Part shown: piece after piece, positions 25,023 through 37,003 of the stretch
How positions within the stretch are numbered: position 1 is the first letter of the stretch
Layout: each line of letters opens with the position of its first letter
Source: Eremomyces bilateralis CBS 781.70
Taxonomy: Eukaryota
DNA: 64,000 nt
Assembly: GCA_010015585.1 (NCBI GenBank)
Contig: ML975156.1
Strand: one strand, 5' to 3'
Position numbers and translations under genes: made by a program
Notes under the pieces: generated by a model
What the model saw: only the letters and a program-made list of their open reading frames with translations
Told to the model about the DNA's origin: nothing
Database searches by the model: none

Positions 25023-26326
25023 ATGGCTACTGAGGCTGCCCCTGCCGCACCGGCTGCGGAACCGCAGTATGACATCCCCAAAGAATGCAAGGCCGCCGTC
25101 ATCCATGATATCGGTCCGAACTTCACGGTGAAGGTGGAGATGGTGCCAGTACCAGAGCCAGGTATGTCATAGAACTCCTACCTACCTCCACCCTCCTGGC
25201 AACCTGTTCAGGATTGCACATGGAGCAATCCATAGGAGTGGTATGAAACACCGAAGCTAACTCCCGGCGTAGGTCCCGGCCAACTCCTCCTCAAACTCAA
25301 CGCAACCGGTATCTGCTACTCCGACGTGCATTTCATGCTGAACGATCTGGGCGCCCCGCCCATGTCCTTCTTCGGCGTCAAGTCGCCAGGACACGAGGGT
25401 GCTGGCATCGTCGTCAAGGTGGGGGAGAACGTCAGCGGCTGGAAACTCGGAGAGCGCGCCGGCATCAAGCCGATGTGGGATACCTGCCAATCCTGTGAGC
25501 TCTGCTGGAACGACAAAGAGACAGTAAGTCCCTCCTAGTCCATAAACCCTACCCCTACCTGCTTCCCCCCCTACCCTCCCTACTAATTCTTCCCCAGTAC
25601 TGCGAGAAAGTCGTCCACACCGGCCTCATGGTCACCGGCTCCTACCAACAATACGTCCTCTCCCCCGCCCGCTACACCACCCGCATCCCCGACGGCATCC
25701 CCGACCACCTCGCCGCCCCCGTCATGTGCTCCGCCTCCACCATGTATCGCTCCCTCGCCGAATCCGGCCTCCGCCCCGGCGACTGGGCCGCCTTCCCCGG
25801 CGGCGGCGGCGGCGTCGGCATCCAGGGCGTTCAGCTCGCCAAGGCCATGGGTTTCCGCCCCATCGTTGTGGACACCGGCGATGCGAAGCAGACGATGGCG
25901 CTGGAGATGGGCGCGGAGGCGTTCGTGGATTTCAAAGCGACTGAGGACGTCGCAAAGGAGGTGGCAAGGATCGCGGATGGGAAGGGTGCGCATGGCGTGT
26001 TCGTGACGGCACCAAATGCGTACGCGAATGCGATTTCGCTAGTGGGCTCGCGGATCGGGGCGAAGGTTATGTGTATCGGGTTGCCGCCACAGGAGGCGAA
26101 CTGTATGTTGCAGATTCCGCCGGGGCAGTTGATCTCGAGGAACTTGACGGTGAAGGGGACGTTGGTGGCGGGGATGGGCGATACGGCGAAGGCGCTGGAA
26201 TTCGCGGCGAGGGGCGCGTTGAAGCAGATTTGTGAGGTGGTGCCGGTGGATCAGTTCCCGGAGGCGATTGCGAAGTTGATGAGAGGCGAGGTTGCGGGGA
26301 GGATGGTGATCGACTTCAATGCTTGA
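25023..26326 (+). CDS. Zinc-binding (MDR) alcohol dehydrogenase
   Basis: GICYSDVH, GHEGAG, CQSCELC, GGGGGVG nucleotide-binding motif; two introns. Confidence 0.93.
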
Positions 26327-27509
26327 GATGATATGCCGTGCCATAAGGCTGTGTTAGTAAATGCATATTTGGCTCTCTCTAGTTTCCATTGCTATTGTGC
26401 TCGGCACAATAGTCGGAACAATATTAGCATCCGTATCCATTGTCCAGCAATATTCGAAATCAGCGACCTGGTATGTCTCCATGGTCGATAGCATCACCAA
26501 CGACAACGGCCAATTCAATTAGATTAGAACCACTATGATACCACTATCGGAGAGGTCGACCTGTCAAGTTTGAATTGGAGGAAGCAAATCCAAAAATCTC
26601 GACCGCTTCACCCACATCGCCTTCTCACCAACTGACTGCTGACAAACGTCACCGCACCTGACTCAGGTACAATATTACTATAGAATCGTCTTCGTCATGA
26701 TTCTATTGAATTAACCACCACCACCAAATAAGAATCTCCAAACCTCTCAACTCTCGAGTCTCCATCCTCGAGGCACAGAGCAGATCCCTGTTCGACTTCC
26801 GTTCCTGAGGTTCCACTGCCGAGTATCAAATCGTTGGTTCACAACCAAACCGAAAGAAAGAAAAGCCGTCGACGGACCTTCCAAGTCGTGAGCATCACGC
26901 ATCCACGTCACACTGTCTCCAACATCCAGCGGGATTAAGCACTGATCGTCGCGGCAGTCCCACCAATCCATCCAGTCCTTTACACAATGTGGCTTTCCTC
27001 TTCTCGTTCGTAGGCTGTCAAGTGTGGTAACTGTGGCAGATATTTCCGCTTCCGTCTTCCCCTCCCACCCCTCCCACTACCCACCCGCTTTGCATCTTGT
27101 CCACCTACCTCTCTCACGCTAGTTGTCCGCAATGGGCAGGTGCCGTTGTCGAAAGCGATCTGCGCATTTGGAAACACGGAAGGTAAATTCGAGAGACGAC
27201 CCACTTCCCGTCTTTGAGTATATTCGCGAGAGATATAGCGGAGAATTATTGAAGAACTTGGAATCTGGCTATCCATTGGTTTTAGATGTCCGAGGGCATC
27301 GTGGTAACCACTCAGGCGAATTGCTATGACGGTTGTGGACGATCGTGCTGAATATATAAAGTAAATTAGGTAGCGGTGCCCTTGGTACTCGGATAGCTGG
27401 TCCTAACATCGTGAACTCAGCAGACGGGAAAGAGGACGCAGAGAAATTGATAATCGAAACAATTTCTTTCATCTCACTTCAGTCGAACATATATCCATTT
27501 GTCAAAGTC

Positions 27510-28007
27510 ATGATGATGTTCTTCGTCTCCCTCATTACCCTCATCTTGGCCGTATCAGCCATCTCTATCCTGTGCGTCTCACTCTGAACTGGCGCCTATA
27601 AAGCACCAACTAACCACTCCAGTGAACCCCGCCAATCGTGCTCAAAAGCCCTGGCCGACGAATACATCTTCACCCTCACCCTCTCCGCCTTCCTCCTCGT
27701 CCGCGCCTCCCAAACCCCCTCCTGCTTCGACTGGACCTCCAACAACTGCACCGTGGCCCCCGACAACCCGTTCGGCTACCCGTTCAAGCACGCCTGCCAG
27801 CGCCATGACTTCGGATACCGCAACTACAAGAAGCTCGACGTCTTCACGGAGCCGAATCGGCTGAGGCTCGATGACAAGTTCAAGGAGGATTTGTATGATA
27901 TTTGTGGGGACGACGCGGGTTGTACGGGGTTGGCGGACGTCTACTACGGGGCGGTTAGGGTGTGTGGGGATGGGAATTGCTTTGATATAGAAGATGAAGC
28001 GGTATAA
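27510..28007 (+). CDS. Secreted phospholipase A2 (fungal/actinobacterial group XIV type)
   Basis: Signal peptide MMMFFVSLITLILAVSA, intron ~27572-27622, FDWTSNNCTVAPDNPFGYPFKHACQRHDFGYRNYK with catalytic HD dyad. Confidence 0.92.
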
Positions 28008-28899
28008 TGAGGCTGCTGCGATTTCATTATCAACCAGAGGATTCATTTTGAAAGATGACGAGCACTACTGTATTAACCAGTCTGCTGAATCTTTTGACTC
28101 CGATGTTTGGCAGATCCCCAAATACTAGGAAGCACGGTCAGTAATCGAAAAGGGGGAGGGGCACGAGAGGCCTATCCACGCACTTAAAGTTGCCTATATT
28201 ATTCAACAGTGTTCCCTAATCTGTGGATCAATGTTGATATTGCCTGCTGAATTGCAAGGGATACTGTCTTGATCCTTGAGTGCCTTGCTGCTTGCCATCA
28301 AGCCAATCACTCACATTATGCCTCGCCGCCTTTGGATATACAGATTATAGGGGCCTCTTGCTAGTCAAATCAGTCGGTAGTTCAAGGGAATCTATATAGT
28401 TCGTATGCTATAGGTCCTCTAGACCACCGCAACTGCCCGGTACAATAATAAGGGATTTTGTCAACAGCACAAATGGGTTTGCCGCCCTTTCGGATCCTAC
28501 TGGTAAAAGGGGAATTGAGGGATTCCGGAATACTTTACCCTCAAGTGTCATCAATATTTTTGATTGATCGTATTGTATGCCGTCTGGTGATGGCTCTGGG
28601 CGGCGGAAGCTCGACATACTGGCACGGGAATAATACAAATGCCACGTTCAATTTTCATAGTTCTTTAGACTACATAACTAATGAGTGTTGATATTCATAA
28701 TTCTATAGGGCAGGCGTCGACAACTGACCGTAGCAAGGTGGATATGCTCTTCACAGTGATAGATAGATTGCCAGTCGAATGGCCAATTGTTGTGGTACAG
28801 GTATGGTAAGCGGGTAGTACTACAGTCGCTAATTGCCCGTTCCAGCAGCAACCTGCTCAGATGTTGTCTCATTTCCTGCCACCATGGACTGTTTCGCCC

Positions 28900-29900
28900 T
28901 CTCTCTGCGGAGTTTTGCTGAACTTGGCTAGTTCCTTGCGGAACAAGCGAGCAAACTCTGTTCTATTGGACATCTGGGCCTCCTCCATCTGGAATTTCAC
29001 CATGATGTTCTCGCCGGGAAGTTACCTATCTTTTGAATCGATGACAAAGGCCAGTGTTCCTCCAGAATGGCCTGTCAGTTCCTCCCGCCATACAGCGTTG
29101 GCGAGCATGATGTAACTCTGTATTCCGAGATGATGGGCATGCTCCACCTCCGAAAACTAGCTCTATTTGCGCCAATTTGTGGACAGCCATAGCGCCGTAT
29201 ACGGACCAACTGTTCTGGCGATACTGATTACCTTCTTAATCCACAATTCTTTGCCAGAGCGTTGTCGGTCGCAGCGGTTGTGTGCATCAACTCGTGGAGG
29301 AACGCTTGGCCCGTGGTTTGGATCTATTCTATATTGGTTGCCAATTCCTATTTGCCTTAAGATGAACTTTCTCCGTCTCATAGGCTGTATAAGAGTTACC
29401 ACAGTGAAAAGGGGCGGGCACAAGGTAATGTAAGGATTCTATTTGCATTGCCATTAAGGACTTGGTGTAATGGCCGGCAGGGCTTAGGCAGATTCGATGT
29501 TGAGTTTGATTCATTGTCCCTGAAGCTGAATATTTTGTGTTCTTAGCTCGAGCGTATCAGTCTCGGCTTCCGATCCACGCTTGGAATTTCCGGAAAAGCG
29601 GTTCCTAGAGTCCTGCACATCAGCGGTGATGCTATTCATTGTGACAGTGGCCCATGCCAATGGAAGTGTTGATAGTATCCTCACCTGCTAGAGTCGAGGA
29701 CATCTAGTTCCGCGTAGGATATGCTAGCTTGAGGTCAGGAGGTCTATAGTCTGACTTACAGAGAGTTGATGGAGAGGTCCTAACCTTAGGGCTTTCTAGA
29801 CCACTTCTGCAAAACCAGCAGGCCCATTTAACTGCTTGACCTCTCTGGAATCTGTCGCAAATTATAGGAAATTGACTGAACTCATAGCACTGAAACAATC
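28900..29900 (-). pseudogene. Decayed deuterolysin/M35-like HEXXH metalloprotease
   Basis: Fragments in different frames: YITLCPPLF, TTGQAFLHELMH, VYGAMAVHKLAQ..GGGACPSSRNTE(S)YIMLANAVW, interrupted by stops and frameshifts. Boundaries approximate. Confidence 0.7.
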
Positions 29901-30589
29901 TAGAAAGGTCCCAGGTTCAGCCCATCTCTGGGTTTAGATTCGATTTCTGGTAGTCGAAGAGACTGGAGTGACGGATATTGATCTAGGTAGTGTAAAAGGA
30001 TATACTAAAGGAACTATGTTCAGGAAGATACTGGGCAACCAGAGATGGACAATATATATTAAGGGATACTGAGAACCAGTTTTCATATATAGAGATTGCT
30101 GAATGTAAGCTATATACCTAGGGGTAGTTAGATCAATATATGAAAGGAATTGAGTTGATGGTGACTCAGTACTTTTGCCTAAATTGGAAACCAGGTGAAT
30201 TTAGGAAAACAATGCCATTAAGGTAGTATTCGCTATATGACTCATTTATGTCAGCCATGATAGGAAGAACACATCACTTTGTCGATGTTTGTTGCCACTG
30301 ACGTTCCTCAACAAGGATTTCCAGCTAAAGGAAGGAGATTGCTTCAAGAAGCTTGCGCTATCTAGGATCTGCCCGGTCCACTAGCACCAACTACATGTAG
30401 AATAATGAAAAAGTGAAGGCGGTTCACAAATGCTGCTATCTGAGGGACAAATATTTACTTAACATCTTAACCTGTCACTTCAGTGCCAGTGCTATAGTAT
30501 CCACTCAACAGATCTCTCCGTTCATGCTGCACACATCTCCCTGCTAACTGAACTTGCTTCTCTCTTTATCCTACACGACGTTGAGATCA

Positions 30590-31640
30590 CCTTGTTGACA
30601 GTTGGCCTTCTTGTGGCGTTCCCTCTCGCTAGTTATAGACTGGTAGATATCCCTTTCGGTGTTGGGTACAGTTTGTCACTAGATTATGGGTTCGTTCCAG
30701 CATTATTCATGTTCGAGATCAACCATCTAACTGCGTTTGATATAGCACCACCAGCATTTACTTCCCCAATGGCACCACCGTTGATGTCGCCAAGATTGAG
30801 GGTAGTTGGGCATATAAGCTGACAATGTGAGCGGCGGAAGGCGACCCTGAACATTTCCGAGATCCAGTCATGATTCCGGATTTTACGAAGTCCGTTCAGA
30901 ATCCTCTTGCTCCGCAGCTGCTTCGTGGCTTTCCACCCTCATGGGCAAGGAAAGGTAGTGAAGACATGAAGACCGAATCCATCTCTCGGATGTTGAAGAC
31001 ATTACACACTGCCACGGAAACCTTTCTCTACCAGACTGTCACGATCGGATACAGAAGCCTACCGTTCAGAGTCACCGATGAAATCCGGAATATCATGCAA
31101 AACGCAACTACATCTATCCCACTTGAGAATGAAAATAAACGATTCTCAGGCGCCGAACCATGGGACATACGAAATTGGCGAATTCTACAACTATGAAGAG
31201 TTTCCCCAGAACCGGGAACCTGATGACCTCTACCCTCCTGAACAGCTCATCCTTTCAGTCGACTATTCGCGAACAGCGTTGAATGCGTCCCTTAATACCG
31301 AGCAGTACTGTGTCATTGAATCTCACCATGTCCTACACGAAACACATCTCGGTGTCGACGGCCTTCGTGATGGATTAGAAGCTACTCGAACCGACCTGAC
31401 TTTGCACTGCGACAATTTGCTAGGATTCCTTTCATATCGAACGCCTAAATTATTTACAGTCGTAAATTTGAGCAGATTTCCATGCTGATACGGTCGGGTG
31501 AATCAGCCGATGATGAGATGCTCATACTGCTCTCAGAAACATCCTAGGCGAGGAATATGAGAAGATGATTCTAGCCATGAGTAGAAAGATTTCGCGCACA
31601 ATCGATCCTACCTTCGCTGCTGCAAGGCATATATGACACG
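30590..31640 (+). pseudogene. Decayed uncharacterised fungal protein
   Basis: Colinear protein-like fragments across frames (GVGYSLSLDYG, TSIYFPNGTTVDVAKIEG, LILSVDYSRTAL, GESADD, IDPTFAAAR) with frameshifts and stops. Confidence 0.55.
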
Positions 31641-32083
31641 TATCTGCTGGTTCCGTAGGCATAATCGAGCGAATTAGGCTTGCCAAATTTTTAGGAAACA
31701 ATTGACGGTTGACGCCTTGATTACCATGATATATGGTAGCTAACTGTTGCAGTGCCGGATGAGTAGAGAACCAAGATAGATACGCAGATATAGCGTGGGT
31801 ATCAAACAGCCCAAATTTCAACAAAAAGTAGTAGAGACTCCCCCTGGCCGTCTAACAATCATCAGAAGACATTGCCATGGGTATGACAAATTGAACCTTT
31901 TCCGCATCAACCGGATTTTATCCTTCCAGGCATATCGCCGATTCCCAAACTGAACTCATTTCAGTGATCCTGTGTCGACATCGCTTTGCTCTCCGAAAGA
32001 AGCCCGTAAATGATGGCGCCTGCGCTGAAATCCGATGCTTAAATTCCTTTTGATAGCTCGCCGATAGAACCGCCATCCCTCTC

Positions 32084-33945
32084 TCAGCTCGCCACATCTT
32101 CCGAAAAATACCTCTTACTTCTCACGCTCCTCCCCACCGTCTTCATCTCGGGCGGTAAGTTCGTGTGATGCACCACATGCGGCCGGTACACCGCGTCCAC
32201 CGGCGGCATCCAATCGTCCAGGCCCAGCGGGAAATACTCGTACAGCAGATCGGCCGACTCGTCCGGCGATGACAGGTGATTCAACGAAAATGACGGGGCG
32301 CGGGCGAGTTTCGGTGGCTTCTGCCCCGATGTGGTGTGGATGTTGGCTTGCATCTGCGCTTGGCTGTGATGTTGGGAATGTAATTGCTGTTTGAGAACTC
32401 CTGAGGATAGGTTTAGTGGGGACTTGATGGAAGTGCTCCGTCCGTCGGTCGCTCCGTCGGCTTCGTCGTCGAGGCTGAGTTTGATCGGAGTATTTAGGTG
32501 TGACATGCCGCGGGGTAGGTTGTAGCGTAGAAGGTCGGGGGATGAGCGTGCGTAGACTGCTTCGGCGTTGTGGTGACAGAAGGCAGGGACGTCAGGAGGG
32601 AGGGCAGTCATGGCGCCACCGCTGGAGGCCAGCATGGTCTTCCATTCGAAAAATTCCGGTGTGATTTGGAGATTGGGGGTACCGTTTGGGTCGTACTGGA
32701 AAGGGAGACTAGGATTTTGATTTTGTGGAAGGGAGAGGTGATTGGGAGGACGAGTGTGGGTCGGTTGATGTTGTTGGGTACTGGTTATACTGCCAGTAGA
32801 TTCAACAGTATCGGCGTGAGAAGGTTGTTGGTGATGACTGCTCGACGCAGCGCCTGCCTGGCTGTGAGCTTTCCGAGCAGCGCTGGCGGCAGCAGAGGTA
32901 CCGATGGGGAAGTCTTTGCGCGATTGAAAGTTTCGCGGTGAGCGGCCGCGGACGATGATGGCGCCAGACCGGACTTCGCAGAGACTGATGCGAGCGCCGG
33001 TGGATAATGTTGCGATGACCTTCAGGTGCACAACAAAGTGTTGCTGAAGTTCTTTCCGTCGACCGTTGTTGGCTGTCGCGATGCGGAATTGGAGACGTTT
33101 CCAGGCGATAGGGAAGGAGACAAAGTCCGCGTCGATTTCTTGGCCTGCCATGAGGTCTAATGGTATTGATTGAGGCTCTTTCTCGGTCTTATCTTCAACA
33201 ACTGAAGGATTGGCGGATGCCGGCGTCTTCCATGGGACGGATATGATCTTGACTGGGTTCCCTTCCACCGACTCGGTTGCGGAAACGGACAACTCCTGCC
33301 CTATAATCTGCACTCGCTCACCCTGCTCCGTGACCGCGTACCGTAGACCCCTCGGAAGCGTAATGCTGCCGGTGATTTGAAATAAATTCCGCCGATAGCA
33401 GGTCAGCTCGGTAGGCTGTGGACCTGCTTCCCCAGGCTGCGCCCACGGAGACTCGGCTAGGAAGAACATTCCATGCAACTGCGCGGACATGTTCATTGTC
33501 ATGCCTCGACACGTATAGTCGAGGACACCGCAGTTGTACGTTGGTAACGAGAAACTTAATAATTTGTGTCCTTGCTCTATGGACGGACTTTCCGGACCGT
33601 TCGCTTGATCTGCTTGAACAGGTGGTTCATACCCACTCATCGCATCCGAGAAAGGATCATCGAACCCGTTTGGAAAGCGTTTGAGCGCGGCATGGCTGCC
33701 CATACTTTGACTGAAGACGCCTTCGTCGCTCCTGTGCGACGGTTAGTCCATGAACGTCCATGAGGCCTTGAACATTGAATGAGCAGATGGACTTGCCCTG
33801 CGAAAGTATCGGCGTCATAGTTCGAATGGTGATCATATTGTTCTAACGGTAATAAAGGAACATGAAGAGGATCGACCGGATTTACATTCGGCATGCTCAT
33901 CGGAGCTGCCAGGTAGGACATCGTGACGGTATCAAAACCGTCCAT
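32084..33945 (-). CDS. ron1: Ndt80/PhoG-family transcription factor RON1 (GlcNAc catabolism regulator)
   Basis: LTCYRRNLFQI, WKRLQFRIATANNGRRKELQQHF, IIVRGRSPRNF, C-terminal LLYEYFPLGLDDWMPPVDAVYRPHVVHH; near ngs1 and dac1; predicted GC-AG intron 33732-33796. Confidence 0.9.
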
Positions 33946-36900
33946 GCTGGCAGATTTGGTACCTCTACCGGCAAGAGCAGTAGATGAGATAGAAATCGGA
34001 TCGATCGCATGCGACTTGGCTCGAAGAGTAAATCGAGTAACTCGTGAATACGAAAGAGCTTCTATCTTTAGGGATCAATAGTGAGCTTGGGGAATGATCA
34101 GGACGTGTTCGAGTGCGAGAAAGGCGGGGTGGTTCTTGAAGGGGACGAAGTACTGTTGCGGGATGTGCATGCAGTGGCGCGAGGAGTTGTTCGATCAGAC
34201 TTCCAGAAGAGGCCCCATGAATTTGGTCTCATGCTCCGAAGCCGTGCTAGCTGGAGCTTGTCTTGATGCGCAATGCCGTAAGGTGGAAAATTTCCCCCAG
34301 TGACCCTGGTTCCTATTTTCTCCTTCCAGGGAAGAGACTATCGGATGGCGGATGGATGTGGTGATGATGAGAAATCGGTCCACGCTCGCATGCAATCCGC
34401 AGTCAAGGACTTCCTAATATTGCCGGAAGATGAAGGTAATTCAGCACAAGCAGCTGGTCTCGCGTTTGGCTGGTCCCTCTGTCTTGGCCTGGCGTGGAGG
34501 CGATATATAATACGGGTCGAAAGGGGGCATCCGAGTATCAATCGAAGCTGCGAAATATTCAAATCACGCTGAAAGGTGCAGCGGGGGCGTCGGTTCCGCT
34601 GAGGCTAAAGGTTGAAGTTGAGGAGCACAGGGCAGGGCATGCGACTAATAATGGAAATATCGGGGCAGGCTAACGACCAACGCCTGCAAATGGCCCACTG
34701 GGGTAGTCCTTAACCCCGACGTGTTGCACAAACGAGGCGAACAGGAACAAGCAGCACAATTCCAGAAAACCAGCGGGACGAGGCCAACCCTTTGGTGCGT
34801 CACGCAGGTAGGTCGTGTAACTCAGAACGAGGACCAGTTCGGGTCACATATGGATAGGCGAAGATTGGGCAAATCAATCCCTGGCTAAGCCTGATTCTGT
34901 GCTGAGCTTCGGCAAAGCCGCTGATGATAGCATGACGGTTGCGGCCAGGGGAGGATGGGAGGGATGGAGGGTGAGATCAGGGAGGACGTGGCGACGTGGT
35001 CCGCGTTCATACCGGGAGTTGAAACTTGTGGCTAGACGAGGATTGTGGTGGATTATGAATGCGCTGGCCGATTCAGAGTGACCAGACTTCGAACATACAA
35101 TGAAAATATCGTGAAATAGGGTACGACTTGGTGTTGTCCGGTGTTGCGTTCATATCCAGTATAGGCATAGAATAATCGGTACAGTAGTACGGAATACGGA
35201 TAAATTGATACGCTGGATGTAGATAATTCTGCCCTCCCCACAGCAGGATAATCGTTCTTAGCGGATCGATTGGAATCATAACAGAAGACGCGAAATGGCG
35301 GCAACCCGTCACTACTAACGCTTTGTAGTTAAATCCGTTAGTAAGCCCTGCTATGCCCACCAACTTCAATCTGCCCCAAGTGCCGTCATCCGGTCTGGTC
35401 TTGAAATGGGACCCCGACCATGGGAGGGCTCCGCGGGGTAAAGGGTCAGGCACCAGGGATCTACCTATCATCTAACCGTCTTAGAGATCTCTCCATAAAT
35501 AAGAGGGATATTAAAAACTCCAGACAGTCGACAGAGGCAGAGCATGGAGCAAGAAGATAGGCACCTTGCGAAGATACCTTGCGTACGTATCTGTTGGGTG
35601 TTGACAGAGCAATTCCTCCATGATGCCTCCCCAATCTCCTGAACCCTGATGCAAGACACGTATGCGCGAATCTGAAAACGGAAGGTTTCTGGATCATGTA
35701 TGGAAGCTCAAAAGACGCCGCTTCAAAGCGCATATAGCGGTCCTCGCGGCTGTAGTCGGAGTTGCCCGCATCAACTGCAGCCTGTCCATTCGTCCAGCCA
35801 AGTGAGATCCATCACCAACCCTCGAGATCCTTGGAGAATATCTGCATGCGACAGCAAATGACCGCATATACATATCTGTATCTTTGCACGTGAACAGCAG
35901 CAGTCGTTCCCCCCAACCCTCGCTAAAGGCCGCGAAGTTGAGTCGAAAAGATGAGGTATCGCATGGAACTTGCGGTAAACAGGCAGCTCGGTAGATAAGG
36001 ATCTGTGTAGCGAACCGACGATGCCCAGAAATAGGGAATTGACAGTGGTGACGACAAAGTCCCGCATCGAAGATCGCATTCTTGGCTGCATCTCGTCCCC
36101 ACGGCGCGAACTGCAACGGGCAGCTCGAAAGCCACCCCTAGTGACCGCCAAAGTATCGAACATTCTGTTGTAACAAGCGTGTCCAATGAGCAATCCTCTC
36201 CGGATTTCGAGGCTCAGGCAGCATGGGTCCGTGGTCCAATAAATATGAGTGATACCAAAAATACTCGGTTCAATCAAATCGCCGCTACGGTCGGCTTTCT
36301 CATTCTCGTCGAGATGCGAGGCCATCATGTGGTCAATGTGCAGAGAGCTCCGAAGCCCCAAAGCTTCAATTCCCGACACGCTCGGCTGGGTGGTTGGCTG
36401 TACGCTTCACCGCTTTAGAACCATGCATTTGAGGATAGTCGGAAACTGAAGTATTGGCCGGGTATCGGGTGAAGGCAAAAAGAGGAGAGTGCTTTTATTC
36501 CAATAGCGGACGTGGTTGCTTAGATACGAGGACTGAAACAGCACTTCAGATTCATTGAGCGTTTGCGTAGTTCCATTGGTAGACTACAATGTCCGCACGA
36601 CCCACCAGAAGGTTCATGAGTTTGATAAAACATTAAAAAAAAATAACTGCGACCAATACTCCGTGTGGCACGAGGTATACCAGGTGGAGGAATTCCCCCA
36701 TTCTCCCCAACGCCGTTGACGTAATAATGATACCTCTGTCTGACCAAAAGCTTACGAAGCAATGGTAAGGGATATGAGACAAGACGAGGACGATAGTCTA
36801 TCCCCATGGCTTGTTGACTGCCGTCCAAGTCCCGAAATTCGTCCTTGGCATCTGACAGGCAGGTTTGTCCGCAAAGCACGGATATTGGATGACCGAAAGG

Positions 36901-37003
36901 GGGGAAAGCAGAAGAGATGCTCCATAGTTCGACGCCCAACCGAAGAATCGCTCACCCGGAATGGCTCGTTAAGGCTTGTAAATGAAGGAGTATGGCACAG
37001 CCA

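Noticed and set aside
29010..29100. ARF-GTPase-like string FVIDSKDR on the minus strand
   Set aside because: No P-loop; lies in the tail of the decayed metalloprotease, so probably chance.
34000..36950. ORFs up to 202 aa between ron1 and ngs1 as hxk3/dam1 relics
   Set aside because: No hexokinase or deaminase motifs found by eye; a tBLASTn would be needed to exclude faint remnants.
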